This document shows positions 6,949-14,622 of a DNA stretch of 38,074 nt, in pieces. Position 1 is the first letter of the stretch. Each line of letters opens with the position of its first letter. A program made the translations under genes and the position numbers. This DNA is from Spirochaetaceae bacterium (GTDB lineage Bacteria > Spirochaetota > Spirochaetia > SZUA-6 > Fen-1364). The notes beneath the pieces are model-generated. The model ran no database searches. It was given only the letters and a program-made list of their open reading frames with translations, and was not told the DNA's origin. The DNA lies in contig PMZS01000194.1 of the NCBI GenBank assembly GCA_003170115.1, forward strand, positions 1 to 38,074, in the 5' to 3' direction.

Positions 6949-7984
6949 TGCCGCTCCCGCTCCGTTCGAATCCCTGGATGAATGCCTTCACTCCACTGTA
7001 CATGCCCTGCGCCACTTCGTTCAAGTACGCGGGGTCCGCGAGGCCCACGGCCTCCTCGGCATTGCTCACAAAACCAACCTCCGTGAGGACGGCGGGCATC
7101 CGCGCGTTGCGCACCACGTACCAGTCGTTCTGGCGCAGGCCCCGGTTGGCGCTCTTCTGCCCGAGGCTCGCCTCGAGTCCGGAGAGTATGTTCTGCGCCA
7201 GTATCGTGCTCTCCAGGGAGATCTCCTCTTCGCGCATGCTGTTGAGAATGGGAAGGATGTCGAGGTTCTCCTTGCCCGCGGCCTTCTCGTCGACGAGCGT
7301 GCGCTCGTAGGCGGGCGGGAGGCACCAGACCTCGAATCCGGAGGCTGTCTTGTTGAACGGAGAGGTGTTGGCGTGAATTGAGACGTACAGGATCGTATCC
7401 TTCGTCTTTTCCAGGAGCGCATTGGCGATGACGACGCGCTCCTCCAGGGACACGAACGTATCGTCGTTCCGAGTGAGAATCACCTCTTTCTCGGGGAACC
7501 CTTCCTTCAACAGTGCCGCAAGCGTGCGCCCCACGCTCAGCGTGATGTCCTTCTCCATCAATGGCACCTGCTTCTTCCCCGAGGAGACGCTGCCCACCGC
7601 CCCGCTGTCCTTGCCGCCGTGTCCCGGATCAAGAAGGATGTACTGCACGCGTAGGTGCTCCCCGGCGTGCGCCAGGCGGTCCTTCTGCACCGCGTCCCCG
7701 ATTTCCCCAACGGCCGCCGTGGTAAGCCACACCCCGCCGTTCCTTCGAACCGGTGCATCGATCTGCACCTTGATCCGGTAGTTGATCAGGGCGCTGTCAG
7801 CCCCCACGGCGACGGCGATCCTGTCGTCTCCGAACGAGATGACGCCCGCGTCCCGCAGAGGATCCCATTCGAGCGTGGCCCCCAGGTCGTTCGTGAGAGA
7901 CAGGATGTTCTTGTCCTGTGCGCCGATCAAGGCGCCGACTGCGAGCAGTGCACACACGAGGGCTGCGACTCTGGTGGACCTCAT
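6938..7984 (-). CDS. N-acetylmuramoyl-L-alanine amidase (Amidase_3 / AmiC-like) with signal peptide
   Basis: Signal peptide MRSTRVAALVCALLAVGALIGA. Catalytic-domain motifs ILLDPGHGGKDSGAVG, YVSIHANTS and NDWYVVRNARMPAVLTEVGFVSN. The start ATG overlaps the upstream stop (ATGA at 7981-7984). Confidence 0.9.
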   Translation of the reverse strand: MRSTRVAALVCALLAVGALIGAQDKNILSLTNDLGATLEWDPLRDAGVISFGDDRIAVAVGADSALINYRIKVQIDAPVRRNGGVWLTTAAVGEIGDAVQKDRLAHAGEHLRVQYILLDPGHGGKDSGAVGSVSSGKKQVPLMEKDITLSVGRTLAALLKEGFPEKEVILTRNDDTFVSLEERVVIANALLEKTKDTILYVSIHANTSPFNKTASGFEVWCLPPAYERTLVDEKAAGKENLDILPILNSMREEEISLESTILAQNILSGLEASLGQKSANRGLRQNDWYVVRNARMPAVLTEVGFVSNAEEAVGLADPAYLNEVAQGMYSGVKAFIQGFERSGSGSAR

Positions 7985-9576
7985 GAGTGGAGGAGAAACT
8001 CCCTGAGAAGGCCGCTGCGCACGGCCTCGCGAATGCTGTCCAGCACGTAGACGGCGCCCTGGCGCCCTCCTCTCACAAGCGCGCGCCAGAAGATACCGGA
8101 GAGATGGAAGCCGGCCCCGCCCGACAGCAGGCCTCCTCCCTGCTCGCAGGCCAGGCGGACCGATTCCGCGAAATCAATGCCGTGCCAGTCTCTGTCATGG
8201 AGAGCTTCCCATCCCGGCAGAGTCTCGATGGCAAGCGGTGCCGCGGGGTCGATACCAGTCAGCTCTCCATGACAGGCTGGCATCGCCTGGATTTGCGTCA
8301 TGAACTGCAAAGGGAGTCCGTCGAAGCAATCGTGTCCCGCTTCTCGAAACAGATGATCATTGGTTGCCTTGACCAGCGGGCGAAGTCGAATCTGGAATAA
8401 TCCAAGCGCGCGGCTGGCTGCTGCTTCAGCCCCGATCAGGCTCTCGGAAACTGCAAGCACGTTCCCGCACTTCTGCACATTGTTGGAGGGAAAGACTACA
8501 GCGTCTCCCCCCGCTATCCTGAGAAACACCTCCGCAACTCCCGGCACCTGACGCGCCTCTTCCGCACCGCTCAGCCGCTCGACGACTCCGGGGATTGAGA
8601 TCAAGGCGCGCTCCGCGCACACCTTTTCCTGCCGGGGCGTGAGATTGCCCGCTGGCAGACCCACCGCGATATTCAGAGCGGCCTCGGTCACCTCGACCCC
8701 GGAGGCCAGGGGGAAAGTCCACCCCGACATGTAGCCTCCGGAAAGTCGCGCGGCAATCTCGCCGACCATTGGCCCCCTCGGGGTCAGCTTGATGTCGCCC
8801 TTGGCGGCACCGTTGTCGATGCCAAGAGCCTTGATTCCTGCAAGGAAGACGGATTCGATTTCCTGCACGCTTTCCGGGGCGAAACCTGTCGGCATTGTAT
8901 GCCCCATCTCTACAAAGGACGGCGGAAACCGGATCAGCCTGTCCGCAACACCGCAGACGATGACCTTCCCCCTGTCCACGATCGCGTCGAGGCTGAACTC
9001 GGGGCCCTCCATATACTCCTCGATGATGACTCGCGATGTTCGCGAGAGGCTGAAAGCCACCCGGCACGCTTCGCCCAATTCGTCGGAGTTCTCAACTCGC
9101 TTGACCCCCCGTGCTCCCATGTTGTCCACGGGCTTTACCACGAGGGGAAAGGTCATCCCGGCGGCTTCGAGGCGTGCACCGGGGTCACCGGTACCGGCCC
9201 AGCAGACGAACCGAGGACCAGGCACTCCGGCAGCCCTGAAGGCTTCTCGCATGAGGCATTTGTCCGTAGCGCGCATCGCCGTGGCGTAGGAGATACCGGG
9301 AAGCCCCAGCTTCTCGGCGACCCATGCCACGGAGGATGAGAAATCGGTGCCCGCGGTAAAGACCCCGTCGAGGCCCGACTTCTCCCGGACGGAGCTCGCA
9401 AAAGCCAGGAGCCCATCCTTGTCCTTCAGATCGATACATTCGAAGACGTCCGCACGTGCTCGTGCGATCGCGTTCGGATTACCGTCCGCAAGCAGGATCC
9501 GCCATCCCTTGCGCCGGGCGATTCGGATGCCCGGCTCCTGCATGACTCCGCCGCCGAGGATCAGGATCGTGGTCAC
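7981..9576 (-). CDS. ATP-grasp domain carboxylate-amine ligase with an unassigned C-terminal extension of about 130 aa
   Basis: GTG start overlapping the upstream stop (GTGA). Rossmann-like N-terminus ILILGGGVMQ. ATP-grasp blocks FPLVVKPVDNMGARGVKRV, VIIEEYMEGPEFSLDAIV and GAAKGDIKLTPRGPMVGEIAARLSGG. I could not assign the last ~130 residues (PLVKATNDHLF...LREFLLHS). Confidence 0.8.
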   Translation of the reverse strand: MTTILILGGGVMQEPGIRIARRKGWRILLADGNPNAIARARADVFECIDLKDKDGLLAFASSVREKSGLDGVFTAGTDFSSSVAWVAEKLGLPGISYATAMRATDKCLMREAFRAAGVPGPRFVCWAGTGDPGARLEAAGMTFPLVVKPVDNMGARGVKRVENSDELGEACRVAFSLSRTSRVIIEEYMEGPEFSLDAIVDRGKVIVCGVADRLIRFPPSFVEMGHTMPTGFAPESVQEIESVFLAGIKALGIDNGAAKGDIKLTPRGPMVGEIAARLSGGYMSGWTFPLASGVEVTEAALNIAVGLPAGNLTPRQEKVCAERALISIPGVVERLSGAEEARQVPGVAEVFLRIAGGDAVVFPSNNVQKCGNVLAVSESLIGAEAAASRALGLFQIRLRPLVKATNDHLFREAGHDCFDGLPLQFMTQIQAMPACHGELTGIDPAAPLAIETLPGWEALHDRDWHGIDFAESVRLACEQGGGLLSGGAGFHLSGIFWRALVRGGRQGAVYVLDSIREAVRSGLLREFLLHS

Positions 9577-11360
9577 ACTTGTCCCTTCACGGCATATGCC
9601 TCGAACGTGTCACCCAGCCGCAGAAGAACACTGACTGTGCGCAGTGCCACTGCTGCTGCTCCCCACCTGCCGGCTGCCCTGCCGAGCAGCCCGGGAAACC
9701 GCTCCGGGTGATGGCCGGTGACTCTCACGCGCTGGAGCTTCAGGCCGTACCTCGCCAGTATTTTTCCAAGCTTTCGAGGGGAGAAAATCGTGAAATGGTC
9801 CCCTGGGCTGTTCAGGAGAAATCCTTGAAGATGGCGCCGCGCGGAAATACCACAGCCGTTCGGTGTGGAGAAGGCAAAGACGCCGCCCTCCGGAAGGAGC
9901 GCGGTGGCCTTGCCCAGCACTCCATCGGTGTGCGGGAAATGTTCGAGCACGTACCAGAGTGTGAGGGCGGCGATATGCCGGGGGAGCTTGTTCCGCTCCA
10001 CCTCTTCGAATCCCGCGCAGATCGCGGGCACACGGAGTGCCTTCCTCACGTACGATACGGCTCCCGGCGAGACGTCCAGCCCGAACCCGTGCATCCCGGA
10101 GTCGGCAAGGGCGGCCAGGAAAGGCCCATAGGCGCACCCGACATCGAGAACAACTCCTTCTGACGTCCGGCCAAGCAGCCGACGAATGATCGCGACCCGG
10201 GGCCGCGAGGCTGCCTTGATTGATTCGAAATCGTCCACGTAGGTCCGCCCGTACTGCGCCTTGTACTCAGTCGAAAAGTACGCGGTATCGTACTTCTTTC
10301 GACTGCCGGCGAAGCTTTCAAGCGAAATGGTCCCGCATGTCGCGCAGCGTCGGTAGGTCCGGTCTGAAAACCGGGCGATGACAACGTTGCCGGTTCGACC
10401 GCACACCGGGCAGTCCTTGCTCCCGACGACGCTGAGAGAGCCGAGCACGCGCGCGAGTTTCTTTCCCCGTTCGCTGCCCACTTTTTCATTGAATTGATCG
10501 ACGTGGCCCTGGAGTCGAACCGGGTCCGCCAGCAGCTTTTTCAGAGCGTCTGCGCGCACGGTCCCGATCCCGATCATCGAAAACCCGGCGGCGGCGCCGA
10601 GTCGGGCATGGTACCTCGAAGGGTTGAAGAGGATAGCAGGGATCCCGACGGCAAGTGCCTCGAAGGCACCCATGCCAAAGTGTGTGATCAACAGGTCATG
10701 CCGGCTGAGCATGCCCGCAAGACCGTGCGGGGCGCGGATGACCTTGACGCCGTCGGGCCACTCGCGCCTTCCGGACAGCGGGCCTTCCACGACCGTGAGC
10801 TGCCCTGGCAGGAAAAGCCCAGCCGCCACAACAGACTGCGCCAGCCGCTCGCCCAGGTGTTCACCGTCCTCACCGCCGAGGCTGACCAGAATTTTCTTCC
10901 AGGCCTTCGCCGGCTTCGTGCGCACGCGGCGTGGAAGGAAGAGAAACGAAGCATCGGCCAGGTTGGCGCCGGATCTGCCAGGAAGCCCTGGCAGGGTATC
11001 CAGAATGAATGATGCAAAGTTGCGCGCCTCTCCACCTTCGTCAAGGAAGGCAACCAGACCGTGCGTCATCAGCTCCTCGAGCTCCCGTGTCGAAGTCCTC
11101 CGCGCATCGACTATGATCAAGTCCCAGCGCCTTCCCCCCGGGATTTGCGGCAACGCGGCGGGTCTCGGACGCCTCGGGTTCCTGGCAAGTTCTTCAGCCA
11201 GGAGCCTCCTCGCACCCTGACCCAGGTGACGCGTAAGGAAGGATACATGGGATCCCAGTTGCTCGGAGAGCTTCAAGCAACGGACAAGATGTCCCACGCC
11301 CTCCCCCGCTCCACCGGCTGGAACAAGAAGGAATGAGCGTCGTGTGTCAGCTTTCGCCAT
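9573..11360 (-). CDS. Fusion protein: PseG/SpsG-like GT-B (UDP-sugar hydrolase/transferase) domain, Zn-ribbon and class I SAM-dependent methyltransferase
   Basis: ATG 11360 lies 6 nt after AAGGAG; the longer ORF to 11387 starts at GTG. N-terminal half: PAGGAGEGVGHLVRCLKLSEQL...ILVSLGGEDG...LLITHFGMGAFEALAVGIPAILF (PseG/MurG-like). Then CPVCG...CATCG (Zn ribbon). Then the SAM motif I VLDVGCAYGPFL. Confidence 0.75.
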   Translation of the reverse strand: MAKADTRRSFLLVPAGGAGEGVGHLVRCLKLSEQLGSHVSFLTRHLGQGARRLLAEELARNPRRPRPAALPQIPGGRRWDLIIVDARRTSTRELEELMTHGLVAFLDEGGEARNFASFILDTLPGLPGRSGANLADASFLFLPRRVRTKPAKAWKKILVSLGGEDGEHLGERLAQSVVAAGLFLPGQLTVVEGPLSGRREWPDGVKVIRAPHGLAGMLSRHDLLITHFGMGAFEALAVGIPAILFNPSRYHARLGAAAGFSMIGIGTVRADALKKLLADPVRLQGHVDQFNEKVGSERGKKLARVLGSLSVVGSKDCPVCGRTGNVVIARFSDRTYRRCATCGTISLESFAGSRKKYDTAYFSTEYKAQYGRTYVDDFESIKAASRPRVAIIRRLLGRTSEGVVLDVGCAYGPFLAALADSGMHGFGLDVSPGAVSYVRKALRVPAICAGFEEVERNKLPRHIAALTLWYVLEHFPHTDGVLGKATALLPEGGVFAFSTPNGCGISARRHLQGFLLNSPGDHFTIFSPRKLGKILARYGLKLQRVRVTGHHPERFPGLLGRAAGRWGAAAVALRTVSVLLRLGDTFEAYAVKGQV

Positions 11361-12096
11361 CGCCCGCTCCTTCGACCGCTGCGGCACGTGCCGGCGAGCG
11401 CTCCTTGAGCCACGCCACTACGCTTTCGATTTCGATCGGTTTTCCCCCGTACAGGTCCAGGAAAAGCCGAGTCACTACGTCGAGGTCCGCTCCAGTATCG
11501 ACCGTCACCCGTCCCTCCGCGTATGCGGCGTAAGGTGGGGCCTGGGCCTCGAGAATTTTGAACCGCTCAGGATGCCGGTAGAGAAAGGTGGTGATATGCT
11601 CCCTTTCGTCCGGCAGGGTGGAATCGCGCTCCGCTTCGAACAACGACCCGGCACTCACCACCTCAATGCCGGAACCCCACGGGACGCCGAGGTAGTGGCT
11701 GAGATCTGCCCGAGCCCTTTCATGCTCCTCGATGATATCGCGCGCCAGGCGCGCGGAGGCAAGCGGGTTGTCGCCCGTGGCGCGAATCACACGGTCGGTT
11801 CCGTACAGGCGGCCGGCCATACAGTAGCGGGCGAGCACGTCCTCGTCGGGACCGGCGAGAACCTCGTATCCCTCCGCCGCGGCCAGCGGACGAAGCGCCT
11901 CAACGCTCTTGCCGTCTGTCAGGAGAGCACGCACGTCCGCGGGCACCGCCGCCAGAGCCCGCATGACGTGCTGGATGAGGCACCCGCCGGGGAGGGGGAG
12001 TAAAGCCTTGGAGGGCAGCCGCGTGGAGCCGAGACGCACCTGGACGTAGATGCCTGTTGACACGTCAGGAACGCTCCCAGCCATCGACGAGGTCAC
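11347..12096 (-). CDS. SpsF/NeuA-like cytidylyltransferase family protein
   Basis: N-terminal YVQVRLGSTRLPSKALLPLPGG plus RATGDNPL and GVPWGSGIEVV resemble acylneuraminate/SpsF-type cytidylyltransferases. The start is uncertain (GTG 12096, ATG 12084 or GTG 12063). Overlaps both neighbours. Confidence 0.7.
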   Translation of the reverse strand: MTSSMAGSVPDVSTGIYVQVRLGSTRLPSKALLPLPGGCLIQHVMRALAAVPADVRALLTDGKSVEALRPLAAAEGYEVLAGPDEDVLARYCMAGRLYGTDRVIRATGDNPLASARLARDIIEEHERARADLSHYLGVPWGSGIEVVSAGSLFEAERDSTLPDEREHITTFLYRHPERFKILEAQAPPYAAYAEGRVTVDTGADLDVVTRLFLDLYGGKPIEIESVVAWLKERSPARAAAVEGAGDGES

Positions 12097-13027
12097 GGGG
12101 ATCGCGGCGGAACCTGAACCGGTGCGTGCGCACCCAGCGGCGGACGATCCGGAACTCCTTCACCGCATAGAAAGGGCCGGTATCCGAATGAAGCATGAAG
12201 TCCAGCGCCCGCCATGTCGGGAGGACGCCCATTTCCCTGCGCATCCTCACGGCCATGTTCTTCAACCAGACCTGCTTGTAGCCCTCGTCCGGTGTCGTGT
12301 CTTCCTCCGGAGGAGAGCCGGTGTAGGTCAGCCTCATCCTGAGCGTGCCAAGGAGCCGCTCGCCCCAGAGGAAACAACGCAGGCCGAAATCCAGCTTCTG
12401 CCAGTAGGGGTTGGCAATGCCCGGATCGTAGCCGCCCGTCTGCGCGAACTTCAGGCGATTGTACAGCCCGCAATAGTCGAACGGGAAAAGGATCCTCTCT
12501 CCCTCGACACGCGGCACATGGTAGGCCATCGAGAAGCGCCTCTTCTTCCACATCGGCGCCTGCCAGGTGGGGATGGGCTCGTCGCGAACCGTGCGCGCCA
12601 CCGGCACAGTGCAGAGCACACCTGATTTCTCCATGGATCCGAGGAGCGCCGATGGAAACTCGACAAGCCTCGTGTCGCTCCAGCTGACCATGACCATCGG
12701 GGCACGGGCCTCGTCGATTCCGATGTTCACCCGGTCTCCCGCCGTGCTGCGGTCGGCGACCAGGAGAAATCTCACCTGGGGGAACTCCCGTGAAAGCGGT
12801 TCCACGTCCGTGGATGACTCCGATCCCTCGATCCAGAGAATTTCCCCGAGGGACCGTGCGAGAAGATCCTTGAGCATATCGGATTTGAACAGCCTGTCCC
12901 CCCTGCCCAGGACGAGCAGCGTGAGAGGAAAGGGGTGGCGCCGCACGCGGTCCCATCGGGGGCCGCCCACGACGGTGTACGGGCTGCGGGAACCGGTCTC
13001 AGAAATTGTACGTGTAGTATTCATCAC
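12065..13027 (-). CDS. Hypothetical protein, GT-A (family 2-like) glycosyltransferase fold suspected
   Basis: Coding-looking ORF coupled to both neighbours. TGGYDPGIANPYWQKLDFGLRCFLWGERL resembles the GGFDE...EDxDL..R...G block of GT2 enzymes. I found no clear DxD motif. Start GTG 13027 or ATG 13024. Confidence 0.45.
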   Translation of the reverse strand: MMNTTRTISETGSRSPYTVVGGPRWDRVRRHPFPLTLLVLGRGDRLFKSDMLKDLLARSLGEILWIEGSESSTDVEPLSREFPQVRFLLVADRSTAGDRVNIGIDEARAPMVMVSWSDTRLVEFPSALLGSMEKSGVLCTVPVARTVRDEPIPTWQAPMWKKRRFSMAYHVPRVEGERILFPFDYCGLYNRLKFAQTGGYDPGIANPYWQKLDFGLRCFLWGERLLGTLRMRLTYTGSPPEEDTTPDEGYKQVWLKNMAVRMRREMGVLPTWRALDFMLHSDTGPFYAVKEFRIVRRWVRTHRFRFRRDPRDLVDGWERS

Positions 13028-14486
13028 AGGCGGCGCAGATCCCCGGGTAGTCGCCGGAGAGGTGCGAGCGGTGGATCCCTCGCGCCGATTCCCAGATAGC
13101 CGAGAGATCGTCCTCCAGTGCGTTTCCCAGCTTCATGCTTCCACGGATGTCTTCCTTGCACAACGGGACCGTCCCGTCCAACAGGATCGCCATGTCACGC
13201 TTCAAGTGCCAGCACGTGAATCGCTTCAAGGGAGAAAGGTCCGCCACTTTCCGGTCCGGCAGCGCACCGCTGAACGCGTCGTACTTCTGGATGATGACGT
13301 TCTCCGTTCGCGCTTTCCACGCGCGGAAAAAGATCTCCAGGTCATCCTCGTTTTCCTTCATGCGAACCGCCTGCACCCAGGTACGGCCCGGGAAAACCCC
13401 CAGGAGCTCCTCCGCCGTTTTCGACGCGGCAGCGAAACCCTCTCCGCGAAGCTTCCGATACGCCGTTTCATTGGACGCATCAAGGGACACGATCCAGCGA
13501 GGCTGCTTTTCCCTTGCCGACTTGATGCGCGGGAAGATGCCCGATTCCCACCCGATGCCCGACGTCTCGATTACCAGCTCGATGCCTGGGACGTCGAGGG
13601 CCGCGAGGATCATCTCGTAAATGCGGGGGTGCAGGGCCGGCTCCCCCCAGAGGGAGATGTCGACAACGGCGTCACCCGCGAAGTTCGCGATCTTCGTGAC
13701 CAGGCGGGAGAAGCTTTCCAGCGGCATCGAGCCGGTCTTCTCCAGTATGTTCCCGCCGATGAGCGGGTACGGGCAGTACGTGCACGCCTGGGGGCAGCGT
13801 TCTACGATCTGAACAGGAAAAAACGCCGGCAGCGTGCGGTGGACTTTCTGGTTCTCACGAAGAAGCGCGCATGCCCCCTGGGCATCGCGGACGCCACCGG
13901 CCACGATCCGCGAGAGCAGCATGAAATTGCGCTCCGAGTCCGCTGTCAGGGAAAGGCGCATCAGACGCATGTCATGCGGGGAGATCTCCGTCTCGATGTC
14001 GAACGAGTTGATGTCCTTTTTCAGTACCGTGAACAGCATGTCCCGACGGAGCGCAACCGCCTCGTCTGCCATTCCCCGGAGTCTCTTCAAGGATTCACAG
14101 GTGAGAAGCTCCGGCGTGATTCCGTATGGGTATCCATCCGCAAACGTGTAATCGGCCCAGTACCGCACATGGTTCGCATGCATCCGCGCGGCAATCTCCG
14201 AGTCAAGAAACGGGCAGTCCGCGAAAAAATAGAAGATCGTGTCACAGCCTTCCGCAGCGGTTGTCATTTCCGAGAGGAGCTCCGCAACTGTCCATGAGGA
14301 GCGAACGATCGATCGTACACCCTCGGGCATGTCCGCGGGCTTCGAAAGGAAGACAACTGTCTCTGAGACTCCGGGAAGGGCTTGGCCGAACTCCAGCGAG
14401 CGATTGAAAGATGATTTTCCTTCCCAGAGCGGCCGGAACGCCGGCGCGCGCAAGTCAATCCCGTTGATAAGCGAGATGTTTTTCAT
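12999..14486 (-). CDS. Radical SAM / SPASM-domain protein with an N-terminal nucleotidyltransferase-like domain (spiro-SPASM-type)
   Basis: ATG 14486. Radical SAM cluster motif CPQACTYC (CxxxCxxC). C-terminal Cys-rich SPASM-like tail: FTCWHLK...PLCKEDI...GICAACDEYYTYNF. N-terminal ~170 aa (FFADCPFLDSEI, ADGYPYGITPELL) resemble the C-terminal part of SpsF-like enzymes. Confidence 0.8.
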   Translation of the reverse strand: MKNISLINGIDLRAPAFRPLWEGKSSFNRSLEFGQALPGVSETVVFLSKPADMPEGVRSIVRSSWTVAELLSEMTTAAEGCDTIFYFFADCPFLDSEIAARMHANHVRYWADYTFADGYPYGITPELLTCESLKRLRGMADEAVALRRDMLFTVLKKDINSFDIETEISPHDMRLMRLSLTADSERNFMLLSRIVAGGVRDAQGACALLRENQKVHRTLPAFFPVQIVERCPQACTYCPYPLIGGNILEKTGSMPLESFSRLVTKIANFAGDAVVDISLWGEPALHPRIYEMILAALDVPGIELVIETSGIGWESGIFPRIKSAREKQPRWIVSLDASNETAYRKLRGEGFAAASKTAEELLGVFPGRTWVQAVRMKENEDDLEIFFRAWKARTENVIIQKYDAFSGALPDRKVADLSPLKRFTCWHLKRDMAILLDGTVPLCKEDIRGSMKLGNALEDDLSAIWESARGIHRSHLSGDYPGICAACDEYYTYNF

Positions 14487-14497
14487 ATCCTTCGTTG

Positions 14498-14527
14498 ATA
14501 ATATCGACAGATTAACAGGAAGTTCAA
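14498..14527 (-). promoter_or_regulatory. Possible promoter of the seven-gene operon
   Basis: Minus strand TTGAAC (rc 14522-14527), 18 nt, TATTAT (rc 14498-14503), ending 11 nt before ATG 14486, within the only AT-rich stretch of this intergenic region. Confidence 0.3.
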
Positions 14528-14530
14528 GAA

Positions 14531-14570
14531 ACTGGCTGCTCCGCAGCAAATCACTGGCTGCTCCGCAGCA
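14531..14570. repeat. Two tandem 18-nt direct repeats (22-nt period), each containing a palindrome
   Basis: ACTGGCTGCTCCGCAGCA at 14531-14548 and again at 14553-14570. Each copy carries GCTGC-TCC-GCAGC. Located in the divergent intergenic region between the operon start (14486) and xseA (14623). Confidence 0.8.
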
Positions 14571-14586
14571 CGGCAGAGGCCGCGCA

Positions 14587-14615
14587 TTGCCAATCGTGAA
14601 GCGCCGGTGTAACCT
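14587..14615 (+). promoter_or_regulatory. Possible xseA promoter at leaderless spacing
   Basis: TTGCCA (14587-14592), 17 nt, TAACCT (14610-14615), 7 nt, ATG 14623. No SD in between. Confidence 0.3.
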
Positions 14616-14622
14616 GCCTCAT

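Noticed and set aside
12567-14297. 576-aa plus-strand ORF
   Set aside because: It lies entirely antisense to the radical SAM/SPASM and GT-like genes, which have clear motifs. The product is Arg/Pro/Gly-rich low-complexity sequence typical of shadow ORFs in GC-rich DNA.
6445-14486. Calling the operon a complete pseudaminic/legionaminic acid pathway
   Set aside because: Only PseG-like and cytidylyltransferase-like pieces are visible. No PseB/PseC/PseH/PseI (NeuB) equivalents are in the window, so that label would overstate the evidence.
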